Positions 9,450 to 18,290 of a stretch of DNA of 64,000 bases are shown here, in pieces; position 1 is the first letter of the stretch; each line of letters begins with the position of its first letter. A program made the position numbers and the translations under genes. Origin of the DNA: Elusimicrobiota bacterium (lineage in GTDB: Bacteria; Elusimicrobiota; Elusimicrobia; UBA1565; UBA9628); contig JAHFCE010000011.1 in assembly GCA_023249675.1 (NCBI GenBank), positions 2,466 to 66,465 of the forward strand. Direction: 5' to 3'. The notes below the pieces were generated by a model. That model was not told the origin of the DNA. It worked only from the letters and a program-made list of their open reading frames with translations, and searched no databases.

Positions 9450-10130
9450 TCAGCGCAGGTCGATGACCGCGACGCGGCCGTCGGTGCGGAAGGGATAACC
9501 CTTGTCGTTGAAGCCATCGGCGGGCACGCGCGGCGCGGGAAGAATCAGCAGGGTGCGCAGCCGGGGCGAGCGCGACAGCGTGGAAACGACGAAGTCCCGC
9601 TCGCGGTTCGCGTCCGGATCGGGCACGTGCGAGAGGTCGCGCCAGCGCGCGCGCAGGTCGTAGTTGGCCGAGCCCCACCAAAAGTCCCGCCCTCTGCGGT
9701 CGACGGTTCCGGTGCGCCACAGGCGAAAGTGATGCCGCTCCTGCAGGAAGCGCACGGGCAGGGCCCAGTTCATGTCCTGACGGCGTCCGCGCAGGCGGTA
9801 GTCGTTCATCGGCGGGAAGGCGGCGACGGGGCGCCCGGTCAGGAATTCCCGCAGGCCGGCCCAGATCGAGCCGCGCACCGATGTCGGGATCTCGGTCCAG
9901 CCGGCGGAGCGCAGCGCGTCGCGCAAGGCCTTGGGACGGCCGATGAACACGAGGTTGAGGGGATCTCCGGGCAGGCCGAAGCGGCCCTCGTTGCGGCCGG
10001 GCAAGGTCGGCGCGGCCTCATCCCATGTCGAGACCATCGCTGCGGCCGGGGGGAAGACGCGGTCGGGCGCAATCCGGTCGAGGCTCAGCAGCAGGAACGC
10101 GACCGGCAAAAACAGAACGAACTTCTTCAT
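9450..10130 (-). CDS. LssY C-terminal domain protein
   Basis: GDPLNLVF, AGW, GRRQD, RHHFRLW, W.GSANYD, D...ERD and TDG motifs. Confidence 0.8.
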   Translation of the reverse strand: MKKFVLFLPVAFLLLSLDRIAPDRVFPPAAAMVSTWDEAAPTLPGRNEGRFGLPGDPLNLVFIGRPKALRDALRSAGWTEIPTSVRGSIWAGLREFLTGRPVAAFPPMNDYRLRGRRQDMNWALPVRFLQERHHFRLWRTGTVDRRGRDFWWGSANYDLRARWRDLSHVPDPDANRERDFVVSTLSRSPRLRTLLILPAPRVPADGFNDKGYPFRTDGRVAVIDLR

Positions 10131-11642
10131 CTAGACTTTGCGGGGGAACAGCACGGGGCCCTTCTGGATCAGGCCCGGGCGCTGCGTCTTGCCGGCGAGC
10201 ACGTCTTCGGCCGTCAGCGCGTCCGGGAACAGGCGCACGCCGAGCTGCATATGGATCTTGGCTGCGGTCGAGGGCATGAACGGGTCGAGCCAGCCGCTGA
10301 CCAGGCGCAGCGACCAGACCAGATCGAAGAGGACGAGCTCGCACTGCTTCGCATCTTCCTTGGCAAGTTTCCAAGGCGATTTTTCGTTGACGCGCGCATT
10401 CAGGCTGCGGATCACTTCCCAGATCACGTCGAGCGCGCCGCAGAAGTCGAGCGCCTCCATCTTGGCCGAGATCTCGGAGGTGCGCTTGGCTACCGCGGTC
10501 GTGTAGAAATCCTCGCCGAGCGGCGGTTTTGTCGGAAGCCGGCCGCCGAGGAACTTGTCCACCATTTCGGAGACGCGCGAGACGAGGTTGCCCAGGTCGT
10601 TGGCGAGCTCGGCGTTGTAGCGCTTGACGAGCGATGCCTTCGAGAAGTCGCCGTCGTTGCCGAAGGGCATCTCGCGCAGGAGAAAGTAGCGCAGGGCGTC
10701 GACTCCATACTCGGCCGTGATGTCGTATGGGGAGATAAAATTGCCCAGCGACTTCGACATCTTGTGTCCCTCGACCGTCCACCAGCCGTGAGCGAAGACT
10801 TTCTTCGGCAGGGGCAGTCCGGCGGCTATGAGCATCGCGGGCCAGATCACGCCGTGGAAGCGGAAAATCTCCTTGCCGACGATATGAACATCCGCAGGCC
10901 AAAGATCTTCGGCCCCTGCGGCCGCAGACCAATAGTTGATTAATGCGTCGAACCAGACGTAGATCGTGTGGCCGGGGTCGCCGGGGACGGAAATACCCCA
11001 TTTGACCTTGGTGCGCGAGACCGAGATGTCCTCGAGCCCGCTCTCCACGAAGCGGTGCAGCTCCGCGGCGCGGGACTTGGGCGCTAGAAAGTCGGGGTTG
11101 GCTTTGTAGTGCTCGAGAAGCCGAGGGGCGTACTTCGAGAGTTTGAAGAAGTAGGTTTCCTCGGAGAGCCTTTGCAGGGGCTTGCCCGAGTCGGGGCCGA
11201 GCAGGACCCCGCCGGGGCCCTTCATGGCGTCGGATTCTTTGACAAACGATTCACTGACAACATCATAGAGCCCTTCGTAGCGGCCTTTGTAAATATCGCC
11301 GTTCTTGAGAAGCAGGGCGAACAGTTCCTGAACCTTGTCTTCGTGGCGCTTTTCGGTCGTCCGGATGTAATCATCGACATGAATGTCGAGATGCTTCCAG
11401 AGGTCTCTGAATTTGGCGGAGGTCGTATCGCAGAAATCGATCACGTGCTTGCCTGCGGCCTTGGCCGCGTCCTCGATCTTCTGGCCGTGCTCGTCGGTTC
11501 CGGTGAGCAGGTGCGCCGCGCGCCCGCGGCCTCGGAAGTGGCGGGCGAGGACGTCGGCGGCGATCGTCGTGTACGCGTGGCCGAGATGCGGCGCGGCGTT
11601 GATGTAGTAGATCGGCGTCGTGATGTAGCAGCGCTTGGTCAT
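10131..11642 (-). CDS. metG: methionine--tRNA ligase
   Basis: YITTPIYY, HLGH, GTDEHGQKI, YVWFDAL, KMSKS. Confidence 0.97.
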   Translation of the reverse strand: MTKRCYITTPIYYINAAPHLGHAYTTIAADVLARHFRGRGRAAHLLTGTDEHGQKIEDAAKAAGKHVIDFCDTTSAKFRDLWKHLDIHVDDYIRTTEKRHEDKVQELFALLLKNGDIYKGRYEGLYDVVSESFVKESDAMKGPGGVLLGPDSGKPLQRLSEETYFFKLSKYAPRLLEHYKANPDFLAPKSRAAELHRFVESGLEDISVSRTKVKWGISVPGDPGHTIYVWFDALINYWSAAAGAEDLWPADVHIVGKEIFRFHGVIWPAMLIAAGLPLPKKVFAHGWWTVEGHKMSKSLGNFISPYDITAEYGVDALRYFLLREMPFGNDGDFSKASLVKRYNAELANDLGNLVSRVSEMVDKFLGGRLPTKPPLGEDFYTTAVAKRTSEISAKMEALDFCGALDVIWEVIRSLNARVNEKSPWKLAKEDAKQCELVLFDLVWSLRLVSGWLDPFMPSTAAKIHMQLGVRLFPDALTAEDVLAGKTQRPGLIQKGPVLFPRKV

Positions 11643-11699
11643 GGGGTCACCATTATCATGATATTCGGCAACTATAGTGCTGATTATGGGAAGAGAGGG

Positions 11700-12632
11700 T
11701 CACTGTACGGCTTCGGCCTCTAAGGCAGCCAAGGTAAGAATTAATTTCGGATCGGCGTTGGCGCGCAGGGCCGCGCGCAGGCGCTGAAGTTCGCGCAGCG
11801 GGCGCTCGACCGATAGGAACGTGCGTTCTCCTCCGAGGTGCTGGAGTCTCAGATGCTGGCCCAGCGAATAGAGTGTGCGTTCCACCTTCACGCGCGCTGC
11901 GGCGAGGTCCCTGGGCAGGCCATCGGAGGCGGTGACGGCGGCGAGCGGCCCGTCGCTCTTGGGCAGGCCGTCGTCCTCGGCGAGCTCAAGCGCGCGGCCG
12001 GCGGAGCCGTCGGACAAGGAGGCGAGGCGCTTCGCTTGGGCCGGGGCCATGCCGCGGCCCGTCAAGATTTTCTCCAAGACGGGCTCGGGCATGGGTCCGA
12101 AGGGAATCGTAAAGCAGCGCGAGGAGATCGTGCGCGGCAGAAGCGAACGTTGGGTGGCGCCCAGGATCCACAAGGTCTTCGGCTGCGGTTCCTCCAAGAT
12201 CTTGAGCATCGCGTTGGCTGCGGCTTCATTGAGCCGTTGAGCATCGGGGATCAGCGCGATCTTCCAGCCGTCCATCATGGACTTAAGGCTTAGGTCCTTG
12301 AGCAGACGGCGAATTGTGTCCACCTTCCATATTTTTTGCTTCTCGATGTCTTCCTCTTCAAGGGAGGCCTGATAGGAAGCGTCCACAATCACCGCGTCAG
12401 GGTGGGTGCGAGAGTCCACAGCGCGGCAGTCGGCGCACTCGCCGCATGACGCCTCGCCGGTGAACGGGAGCTCGCGGCATAACAACGATTTCGTGAATTC
12501 GATCGCGGCCAAGCTTTTTCCCACGCCCTTGGGCCCGATGAACAGCATCGCGGCCGGCAGGCGCTCGGAGGTCAGGAGCCCTTCGAGGGTTTTAACGGCG
12601 CGGCGCTGACCGAGGACCTTGTCGAGACGCAT
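11700..12632 (-). CDS. holB: DNA polymerase III delta' subunit
   Basis: GPKGVGK, CGECADC zinc module, [21 protein letters not shown]; follows tmk. Confidence 0.9.
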   Translation of the reverse strand: MRLDKVLGQRRAVKTLEGLLTSERLPAAMLFIGPKGVGKSLAAIEFTKSLLCRELPFTGEASCGECADCRAVDSRTHPDAVIVDASYQASLEEEDIEKQKIWKVDTIRRLLKDLSLKSMMDGWKIALIPDAQRLNEAAANAMLKILEEPQPKTLWILGATQRSLLPRTISSRCFTIPFGPMPEPVLEKILTGRGMAPAQAKRLASLSDGSAGRALELAEDDGLPKSDGPLAAVTASDGLPRDLAAARVKVERTLYSLGQHLRLQHLGGERTFLSVERPLRELQRLRAALRANADPKLILTLAALEAEAVQ

Positions 12633-13249
12633 TACAGTTTCTTGCCGACCAAGGCGAGGATCTTGGCGTGCAGGACGTCGGGGGGGAGCTTGCCGTCGAG
12701 CACGACCGCGCGGGGATCGGCCTTGGCGGCCTTGAGATAGCCCTTGCGGACCTTGAGACGGAAGTCTTTATTCTCACGCTCAAGCCGGTCGAGTTCGCGA
12801 TGTGTGTCGCGGTCATCGAACTCGGCGATCGGAATATCGAGCACGATCGTGAGGTCTGCCTGGAGGCCGCTTGTCGCGATTTTGTTCAGGGCCGTAGTTA
12901 TTGTGAGGCCGAGGCCGCGCGCGGCGCCTTGATAGGCGTCGGTGGACATTGTGAAGCGTTCGGAGATGACGACCTGGCCGGCTTTCAGAGCGGGCAGTAT
13001 CTTTTCGTTCGTGTGCTGGGCGCGCGAGGCTTCATAAAGGAACAGCTCGGCGAGAGGATCGATGGTCAGGGCCGGATCGAGAAGAACGCGCCGCACGCTC
13101 TCGGCGACCGAGGTGCCGCCCGGCTCGCGTGTATGAAGCACTTCGCGCCCTTGGGTGCGAAGCGTGTCGGCGAGTCGGCGCGCTTGGGTGGACTTCCCGG
13201 ATTTGTCGGGGCCTTCGAGAACGATGAACAGGCCTTTGGGGCGGTGCAT
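12632..13249 (-). CDS. tmk: thymidylate kinase
   Basis: [31 protein letters not shown]. Confidence 0.95.
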   Translation of the reverse strand: MHRPKGLFIVLEGPDKSGKSTQARRLADTLRTQGREVLHTREPGGTSVAESVRRVLLDPALTIDPLAELFLYEASRAQHTNEKILPALKAGQVVISERFTMSTDAYQGAARGLGLTITTALNKIATSGLQADLTIVLDIPIAEFDDRDTHRELDRLERENKDFRLKVRKGYLKAAKADPRAVVLDGKLPPDVLHAKILALVGKKL

Positions 13250-13284
13250 GGGGGCATTCTAACACATCCGGCCCGCGGGGCTTG

Positions 13285-13734
13285 TTAGTCATCGAAGTCG
13301 GGGTCGTAGGCCGGAGCGTCGGGCGGGCGCGCGGGTTCGGCTGCGGGCGGAGGCGGCGGCTCGGGGCGCGAAGAGAGGGGGCTGAGATGCACTTCCACGC
13401 TTTCTAGTTTCCCGGTCGCGGGATTGCGCAGCTGCGCGCTGGACGGAGCGTCGTAAGCGCGAGGCTTGCTTTGGCGCGGGATTTTCGCCGCCCGCGCTCG
13501 GTAGTACAGGCTGACCCCGAGCAGCCACGCGGCGACCAGCGCGGCGGCGGCGATGCGCAGGCTCCAGGGGTTGAATGACGGCGAGGTCGCGGGCGTCTCG
13601 GCTTGGGCGAGCGCGGCCGTGGCCTTCTTTTTCTCGCGCTCCTGCCGCTCGCGCAGCTTCGAGAAAATCGCGCCGCACGATGGGCATTCCGCCGCGCCGT
13701 CGTCTGTCGCCGCCGAGCACAAGGGGCAATTCAT
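13285..13734 (-). CDS. zinc-ribbon membrane protein
   Basis: CPLC...CPSCG N-terminus, one TM helix, Pro-rich tail. Confidence 0.7.
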   Translation of the reverse strand: MNCPLCSAATDDGAAECPSCGAIFSKLRERQEREKKKATAALAQAETPATSPSFNPWSLRIAAAALVAAWLLGVSLYYRARAAKIPRQSKPRAYDAPSSAQLRNPATGKLESVEVHLSPLSSRPEPPPPPAAEPARPPDAPAYDPDFDD

Positions 13735-13755
13735 GCGCGCGGGTCGTCTCCCGGC

Positions 13756-15078
13756 CTACCAGGCGCTCACGGACGGGGTGCGCTCCCTCCAGGAGTCGCG
13801 CGTGAGCGTCACGTTGAGTTGGGGCAAAACGAGCGTGTCGTTGTAGAAGATCATGACATTGCCGGACCCCGACCAGCCGCTCTGCACCCACACCGCGCCG
13901 TAGATGTCGGAGTCGCCGGTCATGTTGATCGTGCCGCCGACGTAGACGAAGCCGTAGAAGCCGATGTCGGAGCCGGAGGCCGAGCCCTCGCAGGTGACGC
14001 CGCAGGCGCCGATGTTGTAGCTTGCCGCGCTCGTGCTCAGGCCCAGGTCTCCGGGGTACTGGTTCGTCGAGCTCGTGTCGAACTTTTGGTACTCCTTCCA
14101 AGCAGTGGCGGGGACGTGGACGTTGGGCGGGTTGTAGCTGTCCGTGCCGGCGGTGCTCATATTGCCGCGCACGATCACCGTGCCCTTGATGCCGCTCGAC
14201 CCGGTGAACGAGACGTTGTTGTCCCAGTACCAGACCTCGTCGTTGAGGTAGTGGGAGTCGTTGGTGATGTTCACGACCGAGCAGTTCGTGCAGGTGGAGC
14301 CGCAGGCGACGTGGTTGGTGTGCGTGCCGGTCACGGTCCCGTTGCAGTTGAGCGTATTGGTCGCCGCGGCCGAGGAGCGCAGGGCGGCGAAGTCGAAGGT
14401 CGGCAATTCGGGCACGGCGTAGGACGACCACCATTCCAGGTTGTCGGTGTTCGGCGGGGTGATGCCGTTGGTGTCGCGCGGGTTGCCCACGGTGCCGACG
14501 ACGGCTTGCTTTGACAGCTTGCGCGGAAAGTAGCGGCTCGCCGCCGAGCCGGTCAAGGTGATGTTGTTCATCGCGAGCATCGGCCCCCAATGGACGATCG
14601 AGGTGCCGCCCTCGCTGATCGCCGCGCCGGAGATCAGGCCCCCCGGAATGGACGAGTTCGTGTACTGGACCTGGATGGCGCGCTTTTCTTTACCCAGCAG
14701 GTCGCGCCCTTCGGCGATGACCTGGACCTGGTCCGTGGACGGCCCGGAGGTGATGCTGATGCGGTACACGCCTCCCGCGACATCGGTGTAGTTCGTGTCG
14801 AAGGCGTAGCCGCTCAAGGAGATGCCGGCGCGTGCGTTGGCCCAGGTCGAGGTCGAACTCTTCAGCTTCCAGTAGGCGCGGTCGATGCCGGCTTCGGCGA
14901 GGTTGAACGCGGTCGTCGTTTTGCGGTCCTTGACGGACAGCTTGGTGTCCTGCTGGACCCAGGCAACCATCGCCGGGACGATGATGAGCAGGAGCATGAC
15001 GATCAGCACGACTCCGGCCAGGACCTGGCCGCGGCGGCCGGACGGCGGGGCGAGGCGGCGCATGATGTTCTCCATCAA
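13756..15078 (-). CDS. PilX/PilK-like minor pilin-associated protein
   Basis: RRG|QVLAGVVLIVMLLLII hydrophobic N-terminus, AFNLAEAGI motif, Thr/Ser/Asn-rich body, C-terminal SWRE. Confidence 0.75.
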   Translation of the reverse strand: MMENIMRRLAPPSGRRGQVLAGVVLIVMLLLIIVPAMVAWVQQDTKLSVKDRKTTTAFNLAEAGIDRAYWKLKSSTSTWANARAGISLSGYAFDTNYTDVAGGVYRISITSGPSTDQVQVIAEGRDLLGKEKRAIQVQYTNSSIPGGLISGAAISEGGTSIVHWGPMLAMNNITLTGSAASRYFPRKLSKQAVVGTVGNPRDTNGITPPNTDNLEWWSSYAVPELPTFDFAALRSSAAATNTLNCNGTVTGTHTNHVACGSTCTNCSVVNITNDSHYLNDEVWYWDNNVSFTGSSGIKGTVIVRGNMSTAGTDSYNPPNVHVPATAWKEYQKFDTSSTNQYPGDLGLSTSAASYNIGACGVTCEGSASGSDIGFYGFVYVGGTINMTGDSDIYGAVWVQSGWSGSGNVMIFYNDTLVLPQLNVTLTRDSWRERTPSVSAW

Positions 15079-15582
15079 TCAGTCGTTCATGACCCGGACC
15101 TTCTCCGAGGCCATGTGAAGGGCTTTCACGCGTCCCTGGTATATCGACTTTTCCAGCGTGATGGACACCGAGATCACGCTGAGATCGTCGGAGCGCGGGA
15201 AGGTGAAGGCCAGGTATTTGACGTTCTTGGACAGGGTGCGGGTCTTCGTTCCGACGGTCTGCACGAGATTGGTGCCGCTTTGAGAGAAGATCATGGTGTT
15301 GCCCGTGATCTTCGTGAAGGTCAGGCGCGAGTAGAAGGGCTGGCTTGCGGCGCGGTCGATGGTGATCGAGCCGATCGAACCCTGGCGCAGGTTGCGGTTG
15401 ATCACGTACATCGCCGCGCGCGCCTCGCTCTGGAGATCGGCGCGCGTGTTTGTCAGGATGAAGTAGCGGTTGACCTGGAGCATGACGCGGCTGCCGACGG
15501 ACGCGAGGATGCCGATGATCGCCACGACCATCAGCATCTCGGTCAGCGAGTAGCCGGCGCGGGCGCGGGGAAATTTCACCAT
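15079..15582 (-). CDS. prepilin-type (PilW-like) minor pilin
   Basis: Class III signal AG|YSLTEMLMVVAIIGILA with E5. Confidence 0.85.
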   Translation of the reverse strand: MVKFPRARAGYSLTEMLMVVAIIGILASVGSRVMLQVNRYFILTNTRADLQSEARAAMYVINRNLRQGSIGSITIDRAASQPFYSRLTFTKITGNTMIFSQSGTNLVQTVGTKTRTLSKNVKYLAFTFPRSDDLSVISVSITLEKSIYQGRVKALHMASEKVRVMND

Positions 15583-18161
15583 GCGAAGTCGATTCCCGTG
15601 ACGGTTTGACCGGAGAGGACGCTGACGCCGGTGGTGGTCAGCGAGTTGATGGTGGGCGCGGCTCCGCCATAGGTGATGTAATAGGCATAGACGCGGTAGA
15701 GCGTTGTCGTGCTTTGCCGCACCTCGACGCTGTAAGTGCCGTCCTCCTGGCTTGAGGCGAGGTAGTAGGGCGAGCCTGTCAGGCTCGCCGAGCTCAGCGC
15801 CGGCGGCGCCGGAGGCGTGCCGGCCAAGGTCGCCGTTGTGACGACGATCAAAGCGCCCGTGCGCAGGGCGGCGCCGCCCAAGGTGACGCTGCCTGTGATC
15901 GTGCCGAGCGCGCCCGTCACGGTGAAGGTACTCGAGAACGCGTTGCCGCCGGAGGTCACCGTGACGCCGGCCGAGCTTGGGGAGACGCTCTCGATCTCAT
16001 CGAGCTGGGGTTGGACGATGTAGAATCCGGTTGAGATGTTGAGCGTCGTGAAGCGCCCGTCGCTGCCGGAGACCTGGGTGTCGCGGGCGTAGCCGTTGAT
16101 GTCGAGCGCGGAAACGGCGACGCCGGGAAGGGGGTTGGTGCCGTCGCGCGTGATGAAGCCGGAGAGGCGGCCGCCTTGGGACAGATTGAAGTCCACGCCC
16201 GAGCGGATCTCACCGAGGGCCACCGACACGCCGAGCGACGACACGGAGACATAGTTGGCCGAGGAGCCCGAGCCGGAATTTGCCACGACGTCCACGGTTC
16301 CCGGGGTCACGCTCAGTAGGTAGCGCCCGTTCGTCGTATTCGCGTTGACGATCGATCCGGCGCCGCCGGGGTCCACTGGAATTGCCGGCGAGATCGCGAC
16401 GCCGAGCACGTCGGTGACCGCGCCCTCGATGAAGCCGCTGCTGTTGGCGGTGCTCAGGTAGGTCATCGTCGAGGGCAAGGTGAACACCGAGCCCGATGCG
16501 GTGATCGTCACCGTGTCGTGCTCGAGCATCCAAGAGCCGCTGGAGACCAGCATCGTCCAGGTGCCGGTCGCGATCTGCGTCAAGGTGAACTTTGCATACG
16601 GTGGGGAGCCGACCGCGTACGCCCGCGTCGAAAGCGAGAGGCCGTCATTGGCCGAGGCGATCGCGCCGATGGCCGGGCGGCCGCTGATCAAGGTCTTCGT
16701 CGAATTCGCGGAACTGTACGCATCGTAGAGGACTCCCGCGCTCGTCGTGATGTCCACGCGATTCGCGTCGGAGTCGTACGCGCGTCCATAGGTCGCGAGG
16801 TCGGCTGAGCTCGTGTGGGTGCTGACGACGCGCACGTACTGATCGCCGGCGGTCGCTCCGTCGAGGTTGATGCAACTCGTCTCGCAGTATTGGTTGGTCG
16901 TGACGCTGCCGCCCGTGTGGGCCCAGCCGAGGGCGTCGAGGATCGTGTCCGCGGAGTTCGTGATGAAGAAGCTGGCCGCGTGTCCGGTCGGAGCCATCAG
17001 CTTGCGCGGGGGGACTGCGCTGGTGAGCCAATAGGTCGCAAGCGGGGCGGCGGAGCAATAGGAATCCGCGTCGTCGGCGTACACCGCGTCGGCGGTTTTG
17101 ACGACTCCGTTGACGGTGAAGGTGTTCGTATTCGCGATTAAGTAGTAGCCGTACGGCTGGATCGATGTGTTGACGTAGTTAAGCTTGATTCCGTAGGTCG
17201 TGCCCACGCAGTTCACGTAGTTTGCGCCGCTGCAGCCGCTGTTGATCTTGAGCTTGATCTGGTTCGGCGTGGTGCCGCTGCCGACGGTGATCGCCGAGGT
17301 GGTCGGGTTGTACAACTCGACGAACTGGGCCGCGAAGCTATTTTGGTTGGCCTGGACGGTCGAGACGACGACCTGGCTGATCACCGCGTTGGGCGCGACC
17401 CATAGCGGCGAGCCGGTCGCGCTGCCGGAGCTCATCGGCACGAGGGCGAAGTCCTGGGTCTGCGTCTGATTGGCCGAGATCGAGACCGAGCGGTGCGTCG
17501 GGAAGTAGCCCGGGACGACGACGCCGAGCGTGAAGCTGCCGGGAGAGGCGTTGATCGTGTAGAGGCCGGAGGCGCTCGACGTGTCGCGCCAGCCGAGGTT
17601 CTCGGCCGCGTTGACGACGGCGCCGGAGATCGCGGCACCCGTTGCGCTGTTTGAGACGGTGCCATTGAAGATCGCGTTGGACGTTACGGTGTCGGGGTTG
17701 GCGACGATCGTGCGCAGTTGGAGCAGCTTCCACTCGCCGGCGACGCGCCAGGCGACGCTGACCGTCACGAGTTTCATGCCTGTGTCGGCCGTGCTTGGAG
17801 GTAGGACGACGATCACGCCCGAGTCCTCGCGCACGACCTCGACCATGGTGTAACGCGTGTAGTTGATGCTGCCTTCCATGATCGCGGCTGGGGGGAAGTA
17901 GCCGGAGTCGTATTCGACGCTGGGCGTGAAGTTCGTGTTGTAGGCGGGATTTGTCGTGATCAGGATTTGGTAGTAGACCTTCTGCTTGAGGATCTGCATC
18001 TGCTCCTGGCCGAGGTTCGCGGCCAAGGTGACGGACTTGGAGCTTTGGAGGGCCTTCTGGATGCCGATAAAAGAGCCCATCAGGCCCAGCGTCGCGATCG
18101 ACAGGACGGCCGTCGCGATCATGAGTTCGGTGATGGTGACGCCGCGAGAGTTCTTCAGCAT
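15576..18161 (-). CDS. large prepilin-type (PilV-like) protein with carboxypeptidase-regulatory-like repeats and a lamin-tail-like domain
   Basis: RG|VTITELMIA class III signal; FNGTVSNSATGAAISGAVV and LSGFITRDGTNPLPGVAV beta-sandwich repeats; VISQV...FVELYNPT LTD-like motif. Confidence 0.75.
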   Translation of the reverse strand: MLKNSRGVTITELMIATAVLSIATLGLMGSFIGIQKALQSSKSVTLAANLGQEQMQILKQKVYYQILITTNPAYNTNFTPSVEYDSGYFPPAAIMEGSINYTRYTMVEVVREDSGVIVVLPPSTADTGMKLVTVSVAWRVAGEWKLLQLRTIVANPDTVTSNAIFNGTVSNSATGAAISGAVVNAAENLGWRDTSSASGLYTINASPGSFTLGVVVPGYFPTHRSVSISANQTQTQDFALVPMSSGSATGSPLWVAPNAVISQVVVSTVQANQNSFAAQFVELYNPTTSAITVGSGTTPNQIKLKINSGCSGANYVNCVGTTYGIKLNYVNTSIQPYGYYLIANTNTFTVNGVVKTADAVYADDADSYCSAAPLATYWLTSAVPPRKLMAPTGHAASFFITNSADTILDALGWAHTGGSVTTNQYCETSCINLDGATAGDQYVRVVSTHTSSADLATYGRAYDSDANRVDITTSAGVLYDAYSSANSTKTLISGRPAIGAIASANDGLSLSTRAYAVGSPPYAKFTLTQIATGTWTMLVSSGSWMLEHDTVTITASGSVFTLPSTMTYLSTANSSGFIEGAVTDVLGVAISPAIPVDPGGAGSIVNANTTNGRYLLSVTPGTVDVVANSGSGSSANYVSVSSLGVSVALGEIRSGVDFNLSQGGRLSGFITRDGTNPLPGVAVSALDINGYARDTQVSGSDGRFTTLNISTGFYIVQPQLDEIESVSPSSAGVTVTSGGNAFSSTFTVTGALGTITGSVTLGGAALRTGALIVVTTATLAGTPPAPPALSSASLTGSPYYLASSQEDGTYSVEVRQSTTTLYRVYAYYITYGGAAPTINSLTTTGVSVLSGQTVTGIDFAW

Positions 18162-18290
18162 CCGCGGATTCAGTATAGGGGGTTTTGGACGCCCTTTCAA
18201 TGCCCAGGGAAGTGATTTAAGTCGCCATTTTCGGCGAAGTCCGGGAATATTAAGTGGAAAGTGGAAAGAGGCTCGTCTACTGCCCTGCAG

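Noticed and set aside
8999-9466. Short ORFs across the 9.1-9.4 kb repeats
   Set aside because: Their shared peptide (PLEAGQSRRP) merely reflects the repeated DNA core; no RBS or coding bias
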